Positions 7,951-16,863 are shown, counted from the stretch's first letter. The stretch: DNA of 16,960 nucleotides from Pedosphaera sp. (GCA_031414955.1 JANOQV010000209.1:1-16960); one strand, 5' to 3'. Made by a program: numbers and translations. The notes: a model not told the origin generated them from the letters alone.

Positions 7951-7978
7951 ACGTTACACGAAGGAGGTTGGGTGACAA
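7951..7978 (-). promoter_or_regulatory. Putative sigma70 promoter giving a leaderless DUF1080 transcript
   Basis: Minus strand TTGTCA-N16-TAACGT-N7-ATG, with no Shine-Dalgarno sequence in between. Confidence 0.5.
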
Positions 7979-8022
7979 TCGTTTCCATGGAACTCGTGGA
8001 AGCAGACGGCCAATAGGAAGTC

Positions 8023-10188
8023 TCACCAGATGTTCACGCGCGCTTCCGGCGGCCGCCACATGGGTTGATTGGTCTTCACGCCGAAGGCTGCGTAGAACTC
8101 GGGGATGTTCGCGAGAGGGCCGAGTACGCGCCATTTCGCCGGGGCATGAACGTCGCTCAGGAGCTTGTTCCGCAACCGGGCTTCCTGATCCTGATGCAGC
8201 CAGCCCAGGGCATAGCCGAGGAAATAGCGCTGGATCGGAGTCAGCCCGCCGATCGTTTCCCCCTGCTTGTATTGTTTGGTTTTCTTGAAGGCTTCGAGGC
8301 CCAGCAGGAGGCCGCCGTAGTCGGCGATATTCTCGCCGAGGCTCGCGTTGCCATTGATGTGCAGGCCGGGCAGCGGCTCGTAGGCGTCGAACTGCTTCGC
8401 CATGACCTCGGCGCGCGCCTTGAACTGCGCGGCATCTTCCGCGGTCCACCAGTCCGTCAGATTTCCCCGTGCATCGAACTGCCGCCCCTGATCGTCGAAG
8501 CCATGCGTGATCTCGTGGCCGATGGTGGAGGCGCCGGCATAACCGTAAACCACCGCATCATCGACCTCGGCATCGCGCAGGCCCGGGATGCTGAAGATGG
8601 CCGCCGGCAGCACGATCTCGTTGTTCTCCGGGCTGTAGTAAGCGTTGTAGGTCTGCGGAGTCATGGCCCACTCCGTGCGATCAACCGGTTTGCCAAACTT
8701 CGAGACCATGTCGTTGAAACGCCAGCGGGCCGCGTTCATCATGTTCTCACAGTAGGAATTCGTGGAGATGACGAGCGAGGAATAATCCTTCCACTTGTCG
8801 GGATAACCCACCTTGGCCGTCATGGCCTTGAGCTTGCGCTGGGCCTTGGCCTTGGTGGCGGCGCTCATCCAGTCGAGCCGGTTGATGCGTTCGCGATAGG
8901 CCTCGCGGATGGCCTCCACGAGACGGGTGTAGCGCTTCTTGCTGGCCGCCGGAAAATTTTCCTGCACGAAGATTTTTCCCAGCACCATGCCCATCGCGCT
9001 TTCCTCCGCATCCAGGACCCGCTTCCAGCGCGGGCGCGGCTCTTTCTGGCCGGACAACACCTGGTGATAAAACGCGAACTGCTCGTCATCGAAGACCTGG
9101 CTCAACGACTCCGCATAGCCAGCCACGAGATGATAACGGAGATAATCTTGGAGCACCGGCACCGGTGTCGAATGGAGCAATTTCTCCAGCGCGCTGAAAA
9201 ACTCCGGCTGGCCCACGATGACGTAAGACGGGCGCAGCTTCCATCCGGCGAGGCGCTCCTTCCAGACAATCGACGGTGTGTGCTTTTGCGTCACCTCCGC
9301 CAGCGACATCTTGTGGTAGTTCCGTTCCGGATCGCGCAGGTCTTCGAGCTTGCGCGAGGCGCGGGCCAGTTCTGTCTCGAAGGCCAGGATGTTCGTGGCC
9401 GCGCTCTTCGCGGAAGCGGCGTCCCGTCCCAGCAACTGCAACGTGCGTGCGAGGTGCTGCACGTATTCCTCCCGGATGCGCGCAATGCTGGCGTTGGTGT
9501 TGAAATAGAAATCGCGCTCGGGCAGACCGAGTCCGTCCTGGCCGAGCTGCACCGCCATGACATCACTGGCCTTCTGATCCTGACCCACCGATGCGCCAAA
9601 GAACGCCGTCACTCCCAGCGGCCCCAGCGCGAAAGCCACATCAAGAACGTCCTGCACCGTCCGGGCCTGCTCAATGCGCGCGAGTTCGGCTTGCAAGGGG
9701 AGCACGCCCAGCCGGCTGGCCTTGGCCACATCCATCGCGGTCGTCCAGAAGTCGCCAATTTGTTTTTGCTCGCGGCTCACCCGGCCGGTCGCGGCCGCCG
9801 CCTGCTCGTTAATCTTGCGCAGGTTCGCGTAGAGATCCTCGCGCACCACGTTCCCGATGCCCCATGCCGATTCCGTGTTCGGGATGGGATGCTGCCGCAG
9901 CCACGTCGCGTTCGCGTGGGCGAAGAAATCCACTCCCGGCTCCACATTGAAATCCATGTTCGCCCGCAGGAAATCCTCCCGTGGCGAAGGCACGTCCGCC
10001 GCGTGAGCCATCAGAACGGTGCCGAGCCAGGCCACGAGCAGGATCAACGTGCTGGTGCCGCGCGAAGCGACGGACGCGTTCCGTTCACCCGCCCGGGTGA
10101 TGGTTGCCCTGGGTGTTCCCGGTGTTGCGGCGGGAGCCGGTTCTTGCGGAGGTCCCATGGAGCTGAGCTTGTTCACGGCGGACTTCAT
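8023..10188 (-). CDS. pepO: M13 family zinc metallopeptidase (PepO/neprilysin-like); start codon uncertain (10239, 10188 or 10158)
   Basis: DFFAHANATWL, GLGLPERDFY, KVGYPDKW, PQTYNAYY..NEIVLPAAI, IGHEITHGFDDQG (HExxH), LGENIAD, DVHAPAKWRV. The hydrophobic stretch TLILLVAWLGTVLMAHA suggests secretion. Confidence 0.93.
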   Translation of the reverse strand: MKSAVNKLSSMGPPQEPAPAATPGTPRATITRAGERNASVASRGTSTLILLVAWLGTVLMAHAADVPSPREDFLRANMDFNVEPGVDFFAHANATWLRQHPIPNTESAWGIGNVVREDLYANLRKINEQAAAATGRVSREQKQIGDFWTTAMDVAKASRLGVLPLQAELARIEQARTVQDVLDVAFALGPLGVTAFFGASVGQDQKASDVMAVQLGQDGLGLPERDFYFNTNASIARIREEYVQHLARTLQLLGRDAASAKSAATNILAFETELARASRKLEDLRDPERNYHKMSLAEVTQKHTPSIVWKERLAGWKLRPSYVIVGQPEFFSALEKLLHSTPVPVLQDYLRYHLVAGYAESLSQVFDDEQFAFYHQVLSGQKEPRPRWKRVLDAEESAMGMVLGKIFVQENFPAASKKRYTRLVEAIREAYRERINRLDWMSAATKAKAQRKLKAMTAKVGYPDKWKDYSSLVISTNSYCENMMNAARWRFNDMVSKFGKPVDRTEWAMTPQTYNAYYSPENNEIVLPAAIFSIPGLRDAEVDDAVVYGYAGASTIGHEITHGFDDQGRQFDARGNLTDWWTAEDAAQFKARAEVMAKQFDAYEPLPGLHINGNASLGENIADYGGLLLGLEAFKKTKQYKQGETIGGLTPIQRYFLGYALGWLHQDQEARLRNKLLSDVHAPAKWRVLGPLANIPEFYAAFGVKTNQPMWRPPEARVNIW

Positions 10189-10261
10189 ACCGTTGGAAAC
10201 AACCAGGCGCAACGCGCGAGCGCCCGCCGTCCGCCTCACGCTTCATGAGCGACGCTCTGAT

Positions 10262-10334
10262 GCACCGCAGAGGCGGGAAGAGCGTAGAGGTTTTCTGACC
10301 GGCCATCTCTGCGTCCTTCCCGTCTCTGCGGTGC
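10262..10334. repeat. Intergenic 28-bp inverted-repeat element with about 9-nt internal periodicity
   Basis: GCACCGCAGAGGCGGGAAGAGCGTAGAG (10262-10289) versus revcomp of 10307-10334, GCACCGCAGAGACGGGAAGGACGCAGAG: 24/28 identical, 17-nt spacer. Confidence 0.75.
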
Positions 10335-10379
10335 CACCGGGCATGTCCTTTGGTGGCGCCTGCCAAGACGCTACGCGAG

Positions 10380-11665
10380 CTACGGCTTCCTGCTCTCCGC
10401 TTTCTCCTTCGCCTCCGCGGCGGCGATTTCCTCCCAGGTCGGGGCGTGCCAAACCTGTGAAGGCACGCCGGCGGTGATGACGTCGCCGTCGGGGCTCCAG
10501 GCAGCCAGCGGGAGGGAGCCGGCCCCCGCCAGGGTGAGCAACTCCTGGCGTGTGCTGACATCCCAGACTTTGACGGCCTCCCGCCCCCCGCCCGACGTGA
10601 TCAACCGTTTGCCGTCCGGAGAGAAGGCGACGTTGAAGGCTGCGTTCAGATGGCCGCGCGTGGAGGCGATGAGTTCGCGCTCGAGTGCGTCGAACAGCAG
10701 CCAATGCCCCCTGTCGGTGACCGCAGCGACCAGTCGACCGTCAGGCGATACGGCGAGTCTGCGGGAAAGGTCCGCTCCCGGGAACGTTTTCGGGGCACCG
10801 TCCGGGTTGCTCAGGTCGAAGATGCGGATCTCGTGGTCGATTCCCTGACGGACTGCCGCGACCAGGACGCGTCCGCTCGCCGCGAAGACAACATCGTAGA
10901 GAGGGTCGTTCATCGAGACCACGATGCGCCCCGTGTCCAACCGCCAGACGCGCAGGCCATCCTGTGATGACATGGCAGCCAGGAAGTCTCCCTTCTCGCT
11001 GAAGAACAGTCTTTGTGGGCCGACGAGATCGCTCTGCAACTCGGTCCGGCGGCCGGGCGAATTCAGGTTCGCGACGTAAATGGCGGTCTCGGAAGCGGCG
11101 TCGGTCCAGGCGATGACCTCTTGTTCGAGGTTCAAGGCGAATGATTTGGGTGCCTCGCCGGGTTTCAGCTCGAAGCGACGCTGCTCGACGAAGTCCATCC
11201 CGCGCAACTGGCCGATGACAATCTGATTGGTGCCATCCCAGCGGCAGAGCGTGTTGGTGCCAAAGAACCCGAGCGAGCGGGACGGACGGGCGGGAGGCCC
11301 GAAGCCCGGCAGGTCCACGGGCGCGGAGCCGGCTCGCGTTGCTCGGCCATCCAGACTTCGCCGAAGCCGCCTTCGCCGATCTTTTCCAGCAGCTTGTATC
11401 GGCCCAGCATCTGCGCGGGGGCTTCAGCGGGAGGAGGAGGAGGAGTGGTCACCGTAGGCGCGAGTGGAAGCGGGGCGCGCGGGGCCGGCTTGGGCAGGAA
11501 TCCCGCCGCTCCAAAATGGGACTCGAGCAATTCATCCAGCGCCGCGCGCAGGTCAGGATTATCCCGGCAGGCGTGGTCGAGGAAGGCGGCGCGTTCGGCC
11601 GCCGTCGACTTCTGCACCGCCAGATCGAAGAGGATTTCTTCGAGGCTTTGATTGGCTTCACTCAT
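10380..11665 (-). pseudogene. Ser/Thr kinase-WD40 gene with internal deletion and frameshift (N-terminal 112 codons joined out of frame to the C-terminal ~312 aa WD40 part)
   Basis: 11665-11330 encodes a typical ECF-linked kinase N-terminus (ERAAFLDHACRDNPDLRAALDELL...GRYKLLEKIGEGGFGEVWMAEQREP), then homology stops; VALK, HRD, DFG and the TM segment are missing. 11318-10380, in another frame, encodes WD40 repeats (GHLNAAFNVAFSPDGKRL, VKVWDVSTRQELLTL) and the tail WHAPTWEEIAAAE. Confidence 0.85.
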
Positions 11666-11701
11666 AAGTTTGCGGACGGCAAGGCGGCCTTCACTCTCCA
11701 G

Positions 11702-11728
11702 TGCGTCGTTTCCACGGCCAAACCTTCA
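11702..11728 (-). promoter_or_regulatory. Possible ECF-type promoter between the sigma gene and the kinase pseudogene
   Basis: Minus strand TGAAGG-N17-CGCA, overlapping the sigma stop codon. Based on position and spacing only. Confidence 0.25.
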
Positions 11729-12295
11729 ACGACTTGCAGAATTCTTTTTCAACTCCCGATGCAGCCAGGAATGGGCGTAGGCCCAGGACCGTTCCACCGT
11801 GGAAAGGGAATGGCCGAGCGCGTGGGCAATCTCCTGGTTTTCCAGCCCGGTGAAGTAGCGCAGCTTGACGAGCTCGGCCTTCTGCGGGGATTCGCCGGCC
11901 AGCGCGTCCAGAGCATCGCTCATTGCGAGCAGGGTTTCATCGCTGTCCTCCGTCGCCAGGTTCACATGCTCCAAATCCACGCGCTCCAACTCGCCGCCGT
12001 GACGGACGCGGGCCTTCTGCCGGGCGCGATCGACCAGGATGCGCCGCATGGCCTCGGCGGCGGCCCCGAAGAAATGGCCGCGATTGTTCCACGCCTTTTG
12101 TTCCTCCGCTCCAGCCAGGCGCAGCCACGCCTCATGCACCAGCGCGGTGGCTTGTAGGGTTTGACCGGGTTTCTCCTGCGCCATCTTCACTGCCGCCAGC
12201 TTGCGGAGTTCCTCATAAACCAACGGGAGCAACTGGTCGGAAGCCTTGGGATCGCCTGCGTCAATGGCGTTAAGCAACTGGGTGACGTCGGACAT
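11726..12295 (-). CDS. ECF sigma factor, TIGR02999 / ECF43-like (kinase-associated)
   Basis: Start placed at ATG 12295: MSDVTQLLNAIDAGDPKASDQLLPLVYEELRKLA..QTLQATALVHEAWLRL..RGHFFGAAAEAMRRILVDRAR..VKLRYFTGL..STVERSW. It lies directly upstream of a kinase gene. Confidence 0.93.
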   Translation of the reverse strand: MSDVTQLLNAIDAGDPKASDQLLPLVYEELRKLAAVKMAQEKPGQTLQATALVHEAWLRLAGAEEQKAWNNRGHFFGAAAEAMRRILVDRARQKARVRHGGELERVDLEHVNLATEDSDETLLAMSDALDALAGESPQKAELVKLRYFTGLENQEIAHALGHSLSTVERSWAYAHSWLHRELKKNSASR

Positions 12296-12349
12296 GAAAG
12301 CGAACCTAAGTCTCCGGTCATCGAAAAAGCGAGCATTGAGCAACTCCGT

Positions 12350-12397
12350 CCGTCTGCGGGCAGCGCGGACTGACAACCCGTCGCTGAGGGCAGACGG
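12350..12397. repeat. Imperfect intergenic hairpin, possibly a decayed REP
   Basis: CCGTCTGC..CAGCG-CGG..CCG-T-CGCTG..GCAGACGG nested inverted repeat. Confidence 0.4.
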
Positions 12398-12558
12398 CCC
12401 GCGCGCGGGCACGGGTGCCGGGACCAGTGTTCTGCGGGCGAAATTGATCCTCCGGGGTCAGCCTGGCAACCGTGTGCCGGACTCGGCTCGGCCTGGGCCA
12501 GAACCCAGGGCGCAGAATTTTCCAGTCCCACGCTAAAAATTGAAAATATCCTCCGCCA

Positions 12559-15500
12559 TTACCAGGCGTCCGAAGTTGGCGGGGCGAGAAAGCGTTGCAG
12601 GCTCTGGTGGTACTCACCGGCGAACAGCGTGGTGCCATCCGCCGAGAAGGCGAGGAACGTGAACGGTTTGTCGTCCGCCAAGGTGGCCAGCTCTCGCCAG
12701 GTCGGGACGTGCCAGAGCTTGAGCGTCAGACTGCGGCTTGAGGAAGCGAGAGTGCGGCCATCCGGCGAAAAGGCGAGGGCTTTAATCTCCGCCTTGTGCC
12801 CGCGCAGCACCGCCACTTCATGCCCGGTGCCGGAGTCGAGCACCGTCACCCGGTTGTCCGTGCCGCCGCAGGCGAAGAGGCGTCCATCGGGCGAGAACGT
12901 GAAGGCCGCCATCTCGGATTCGCTGCCGCGCCACCTGGCCAGCAGCGCGCCGGTGGTGCAGTCAAAGGTTTGCACCGTGCGGGGCCATACGAACGCCGCC
13001 CCGATCCGGCCGTCAGGCGAGAGAAAGAGCCGCCGGGCGGCCCGCTCATGGGTGGCGATTTCACGTCTTCGCGTTCCGGAGCGCCAATCGTACAAAGTGA
13101 TCGCGCCCTTGCGACTGCCGACCGCGATCAGTCCGGCGGCCGGAGCTGCGGCCACGCCCTTCCAATCCTCCGGGGCTGGGTCGAGGTTCACCGGTTCTCC
13201 GATGACTTGCGCGTCCCGGTTCCAGAACTGAAGGACAGGAGTGCGCCCGTCGGGAGGCTTTGACAAGGTGGCGAAAGATTTGCCTTCGCCATCAAAGCCG
13301 AGCGGCACGAGCGGCGGGTCGGTGGGCAAGGCCAGGCGTTGGGCGGTCGCGCCGTTCCATAATTCCACCTGGCCGGGAGCCGGTTCCTCCAGCACGTCCT
13401 CGCCCGAAGGTGAGAGGAATACCGGGTGGCGCGAGGACCGCGGGTTGGCCGCGCGGGGCGGGGGCGAGTTCTCCCACACGCGCACCGTGCCGTCGCGACC
13501 GGCGGCGACCACGGACTGGTTGTCGGGCGCGAAGGCCACGGCGAGCACTTCGTCGCCGTGACCCGGCCACCGGGCCAGCGGCTGGCTGCGATCCAACTCC
13601 CAAAGTCCGACCGCGTGATCCGCCCCGCCCGTGGCCAGCCGCCGCCCATCGCGGGAAAAGGCCAGCGTCCACAAGTGGGCCGGCTCGTCGCCGAAACGGG
13701 CGCGCTCCTTGCCGTCCGCGACCGAGCGCACGATCACTTCCGTCTGCCGCGCCGAAAGGTGGGCCAGCAACGTGCCGTCCGGGGAGAAGACGAGTTTGGA
13801 ACCGCCGACTTCCGCCGGCCATTGGTGCAGCACCTGACCGGTGGCAAATTCGCGGATTTGCACTTGGCCGGCCGAACTGAGGATGGCGAGTTTTTGCCCG
13901 TCCTCGGAAAGGGCGAACGCACCCTGCGCCGCCTTGAGGTGGCGGACGCGTTCGTGGCTCGTGGTGTCATAGATATTTACGACGGCACTGGACGTTTTGG
14001 CTTCCGAGCCGCCGTCGCCCAGCACGAGGTGGCGTCCATCCGGCGTGAAGACCAGCCCGCGGCAGAGGTTGACTGGCACGACCCAGGCCAGTTGCTGGTT
14101 GGTCACGTTCCACACCCGGATAAATTCGGACTGCGCTGCCACTGCCAGCCAACGATCGTCCGGGGAAAGTGCGAGCGCGCGCACCTCGCCCAGGCGGCTG
14201 GGGCGCGTGCGGTGCATGATGCTGTCGTAACGCTCCACCCCGGCGAGGAGCATCGCCGCCACTTCGGGTGAGGCGGTGAACACGGGCGTCATGGAAAAGT
14301 GCTCGGTCAGCCCCTCCTCGGCGCGGAGCGGCGGAAAGACCAGCTCGGGCGCGCGGTTGCTCAAGTTCCAAAAGAGCACGCGGCCATCACGCCCCCCACT
14401 CACAAGCCATCGGCCATCGTGGCTGAAGGTCACGGCGGCGACGGCTTGGGTGTGTCCGGCCAGCACCGCCGCCTGGCTGCCCTGGCTGCGCGGCCACAAG
14501 TGAAACCATTCGAAGCCGCGAAAATCCGGGCGGCCGGCGGCCGGCAGTTGTGACCGCAATGCGCTGCGGGCCAGTCCGTAATTCCCGGCGTCCAGGGCCT
14601 GGGCGGCGAGAAAAATATCCGCCGCGTAGAGCTGAAGCTGGGCGGACAATTCATTGCGTCCGGCGCGTCCGGCCTCCAACTCGGCGCGCGCCGCCGCCTG
14701 GGTCGCCTGGGCCGCCGAGCCTCGGGCTTTGAGTTCCTGCTCCCCGACGGCATTACGCTCCGCGCGCAATTGCGACCGGCTCGACAGGATCAACCCCATG
14801 AAGGCGGCCACGCCGAGGAGCGAAATCATCACCATTGCGGCCGGGGCTGGCCGCCGCCGCGCCCATTTCCAGAGCCGCTCGCTGGACGTGATGGGCCGCG
14901 CGTGAATTGGTTCGTGGGCCAGCCAGCGTTCCAAATCCTCGGCCAGCGCTTCGGCCGATCCGTAGCGCCGGGCCGGTTCCTTCTCGAGGCACTTGAGACA
15001 GATGGTTTCCAGGTCGCGATCCACGCGCGGATTTAGGCCCGAGGGGCGCGGCGCCTCCTCGTCCACCACTTGCCGCATCGTGTCGAAATGAGTTGTGCCG
15101 CGAAATGGCGGCTGGCCGGTGAGCAAAAAGAACAGCACCGCCCCGAGGCTGTAAATATCCGAGGCCGTGGTGAGATCGCCGCCCCGGCGCGAGGCCTGTT
15201 CCGGAGCCATGAAGGCCGGGGTGCCGAGCAGCGTGCCCGGCAGCGTAAGGTCGTCCTCACCCTGCGCGATCTGCGCCAGTCCGAAGTCCGCCACCGAAGG
15301 TTCGCCCTCCAGGTCGAGCAGGATGTTCGAGGGCTTCAAGTCACGGTGGAGGATGCCGCGCTGATGGGCGTGATGGACGGCGCGGGCGATTTTTAGCAGC
15401 AACCTCGCCGCGAGGTGCGGTTCGACCGAGGCCGTCGCGTGGTCCTTCCCGGCCACGGCGGCCCGCCGGCTTGCGAGCGTTCCGCCGGCGACCAGCTTCA

Positions 15501-15909
15501 TGGTGAAGAAGTGGACGCCATCGTGTTCCCCCACGTCGAAGATGGGCACGATGTGAGGATGATCCAGGTGCGCGGCCGCGCGAGCTTCGAGCCGGAACCG
15601 CCGTACTTCCTCCGCCCCGGCCAGCGCTCCGGCGCGCAACATCTTCAACGCCACAATGCGGCCCAACTCGATCTGGCGCGCGCGATAGACCACTCCCATG
15701 CCGCCCGCGGCGAGTCGCTCCAACAATTCGTAAGCCCCAAAGCGCCTGGGCAGGGGGAGTCGTTCCGGGCGCGGCCCCTGGTCCGCCCCCGGCCCGGCCG
15801 AGGCCCGCCGCAGGACGCCCCGAACCAGGCAGCGTGGGCAGAGTCCTTCCGACGCGCGGGCCGGCACCGGCCAGCCGCACTGCGGACAAGGTTGGGCCGG
15901 CGCATTCAT
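12559..15909 (-). CDS. Hanks-type Ser/Thr protein kinase with N-terminal Zn ribbon, TM helix and C-terminal WD40 propellers
   Basis: ATG 15909 (alternative TTG 15918). CPQC..LCPRC; LAAGGMGVVY, VALK, HRDLKPSN, DFG, GTPAFMAPE, DIYSLG, DLETICLKCLEKEPARRY; TM AMVMISLLGVAAFMGLIL; LYAADI, FRGFEW; many GH...FSPDG...W repeats. Confidence 0.95.
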   Translation of the reverse strand: MNAPAQPCPQCGWPVPARASEGLCPRCLVRGVLRRASAGPGADQGPRPERLPLPRRFGAYELLERLAAGGMGVVYRARQIELGRIVALKMLRAGALAGAEEVRRFRLEARAAAHLDHPHIVPIFDVGEHDGVHFFTMKLVAGGTLASRRAAVAGKDHATASVEPHLAARLLLKIARAVHHAHQRGILHRDLKPSNILLDLEGEPSVADFGLAQIAQGEDDLTLPGTLLGTPAFMAPEQASRRGGDLTTASDIYSLGAVLFFLLTGQPPFRGTTHFDTMRQVVDEEAPRPSGLNPRVDRDLETICLKCLEKEPARRYGSAEALAEDLERWLAHEPIHARPITSSERLWKWARRRPAPAAMVMISLLGVAAFMGLILSSRSQLRAERNAVGEQELKARGSAAQATQAAARAELEAGRAGRNELSAQLQLYAADIFLAAQALDAGNYGLARSALRSQLPAAGRPDFRGFEWFHLWPRSQGSQAAVLAGHTQAVAAVTFSHDGRWLVSGGRDGRVLFWNLSNRAPELVFPPLRAEEGLTEHFSMTPVFTASPEVAAMLLAGVERYDSIMHRTRPSRLGEVRALALSPDDRWLAVAAQSEFIRVWNVTNQQLAWVVPVNLCRGLVFTPDGRHLVLGDGGSEAKTSSAVVNIYDTTSHERVRHLKAAQGAFALSEDGQKLAILSSAGQVQIREFATGQVLHQWPAEVGGSKLVFSPDGTLLAHLSARQTEVIVRSVADGKERARFGDEPAHLWTLAFSRDGRRLATGGADHAVGLWELDRSQPLARWPGHGDEVLAVAFAPDNQSVVAAGRDGTVRVWENSPPPRAANPRSSRHPVFLSPSGEDVLEEPAPGQVELWNGATAQRLALPTDPPLVPLGFDGEGKSFATLSKPPDGRTPVLQFWNRDAQVIGEPVNLDPAPEDWKGVAAAPAAGLIAVGSRKGAITLYDWRSGTRRREIATHERAARRLFLSPDGRIGAAFVWPRTVQTFDCTTGALLARWRGSESEMAAFTFSPDGRLFACGGTDNRVTVLDSGTGHEVAVLRGHKAEIKALAFSPDGRTLASSSRSLTLKLWHVPTWRELATLADDKPFTFLAFSADGTTLFAGEYHQSLQRFLAPPTSDAW

Positions 15910-15941
15910 GAGAGGCAAAAGGCCAAGGGCACGCTCAATAC

Positions 15942-15966
15942 TAACAGAATATCCCCGCGAAGTTTT
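15942..15966 (-). promoter_or_regulatory. Possible ECF-type promoter upstream of the intact kinase
   Basis: Minus strand AAAAC-N16-GTTA just after the sigma stop codon. It fits the generic ECF layout of -35 AAC and -10 GT-containing box. Confidence 0.4.
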
Positions 15967-15969
15967 CGC

Positions 15970-16731
15970 TCAACCAGCCAGAGCCTGAAGCAGAGAATCA
16001 ATCTCTGCTTCCACGTCGGCCGGATTGCTCACGGTCCCGGCGATTTCGGCCCGGAACACCTGACCATATCGCTGCCGCAGTTTGTAGATGGCCGACTTCA
16101 AGGCGCTCTCCGTCAACCCGAGCCGGGCCGCCATCTCTTCATACGAAGGCGGCTCGTACTCCCCGACCAGGTAAACCTTCAAGGCTTCAAATCGGGCGCC
16201 CCAGCCAGCCGCCTCATACTCGCGGCGCAAGCGCGCATTGACTCGCCCGATGAGCGTTTCGGCCCAGCGCCGCTCGAAAATCTTGTCCGGCCCCGACGGA
16301 TCCTGGGGATCGAAGCCCGGTTGATCTTCCGCTTCCGCTTCCGACATGGAGAAGATGACGCAGCCGCCACCGCGCTTCAGGCGCTGACCGCGATGCCACT
16401 CATTGGTGAGAAAGTTTTTCAAGGATGCGAGCAGGAAGGACCGGAACCGGCCGCGATCCGGATCGGCGCAGGCCAGCCGGTTGCCCCGCAGCAAACGGGC
16501 GAAAAACTCCTGGGTCAGATCCTGCGCCGTGGGCCGGTCATGCCCCTGGCCACGGACATAGCAGAACAACGGAGGCCAGTAAGCGGCGCATAATTCCTCC
16601 AATGCCGCCGCGCTCTTCGGCCCGCTGCCGCCCGCCTCCACGACCAGGCTCCATTGCGTGGTGCAAAAGTACGAGCCGCGCCTTTGCTCCTCCACCACCT
16701 CGGCGGAACTGGACTCATGCTCAGGACTCAA
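15970..16731 (-). CDS. ECF sigma-70 family factor (FxTTxWS-type, kinase-associated); start uncertain (GTG 16839, TTG 16731, GTG 16698)
   Basis: FCTTQWSLV, ALEELCAAYWPPLFCYVR, AQDLTQEFFARLL, RGRFRSFLLASLKNFL, FERRWAETL, YEEMAARLGLTESALKSAIYKLRQRY, EIAGTV..VEAEI. Confidence 0.9.
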   Translation of the reverse strand: MSPEHESSSAEVVEEQRRGSYFCTTQWSLVVEAGGSGPKSAAALEELCAAYWPPLFCYVRGQGHDRPTAQDLTQEFFARLLRGNRLACADPDRGRFRSFLLASLKNFLTNEWHRGQRLKRGGGCVIFSMSEAEAEDQPGFDPQDPSGPDKIFERRWAETLIGRVNARLRREYEAAGWGARFEALKVYLVGEYEPPSYEEMAARLGLTESALKSAIYKLRQRYGQVFRAEIAGTVSNPADVEAEIDSLLQALAG

Positions 16732-16755
16732 AGTCAGGGTGTCAGGATTCAAAGT
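16721..16755. repeat. 14-nt direct repeat with 21-nt period
   Basis: TCAGGACTCAAAGT (16721-16734) and TCAGGATTCAAAGT (16742-16755). Confidence 0.6.
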
Positions 16756-16863
16756 GCGTACAGCGGAAATCCGCCGCTGACCACTGAGCAGCCGCCAGAC
16801 CACTCGCAATCGTGACTTCGAGCCTGTCTGAAAAGTCACTGGTGCAGCGAAAGCGGCCAGCCC

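Noticed and set aside
8065..10248. 727-aa plus-strand ORF (likewise 5908-7182, 7179-8288, 11339-12157, 15415-16593)
   Set aside because: These mirror well-supported minus-strand genes; long stop-free antisense frames are expected at this GC content and codon bias.
11310..11340. Programmed -1 frameshift joining the kinase N-terminus to WD40
   Set aside because: No slippery heptamer is present, and the product would still lack the kinase core; deletion is the simpler explanation.
11431..11445. (GGA)n run as a phase-variable tract
   Set aside because: Short in-frame triplet repeat encoding a polyproline linker.
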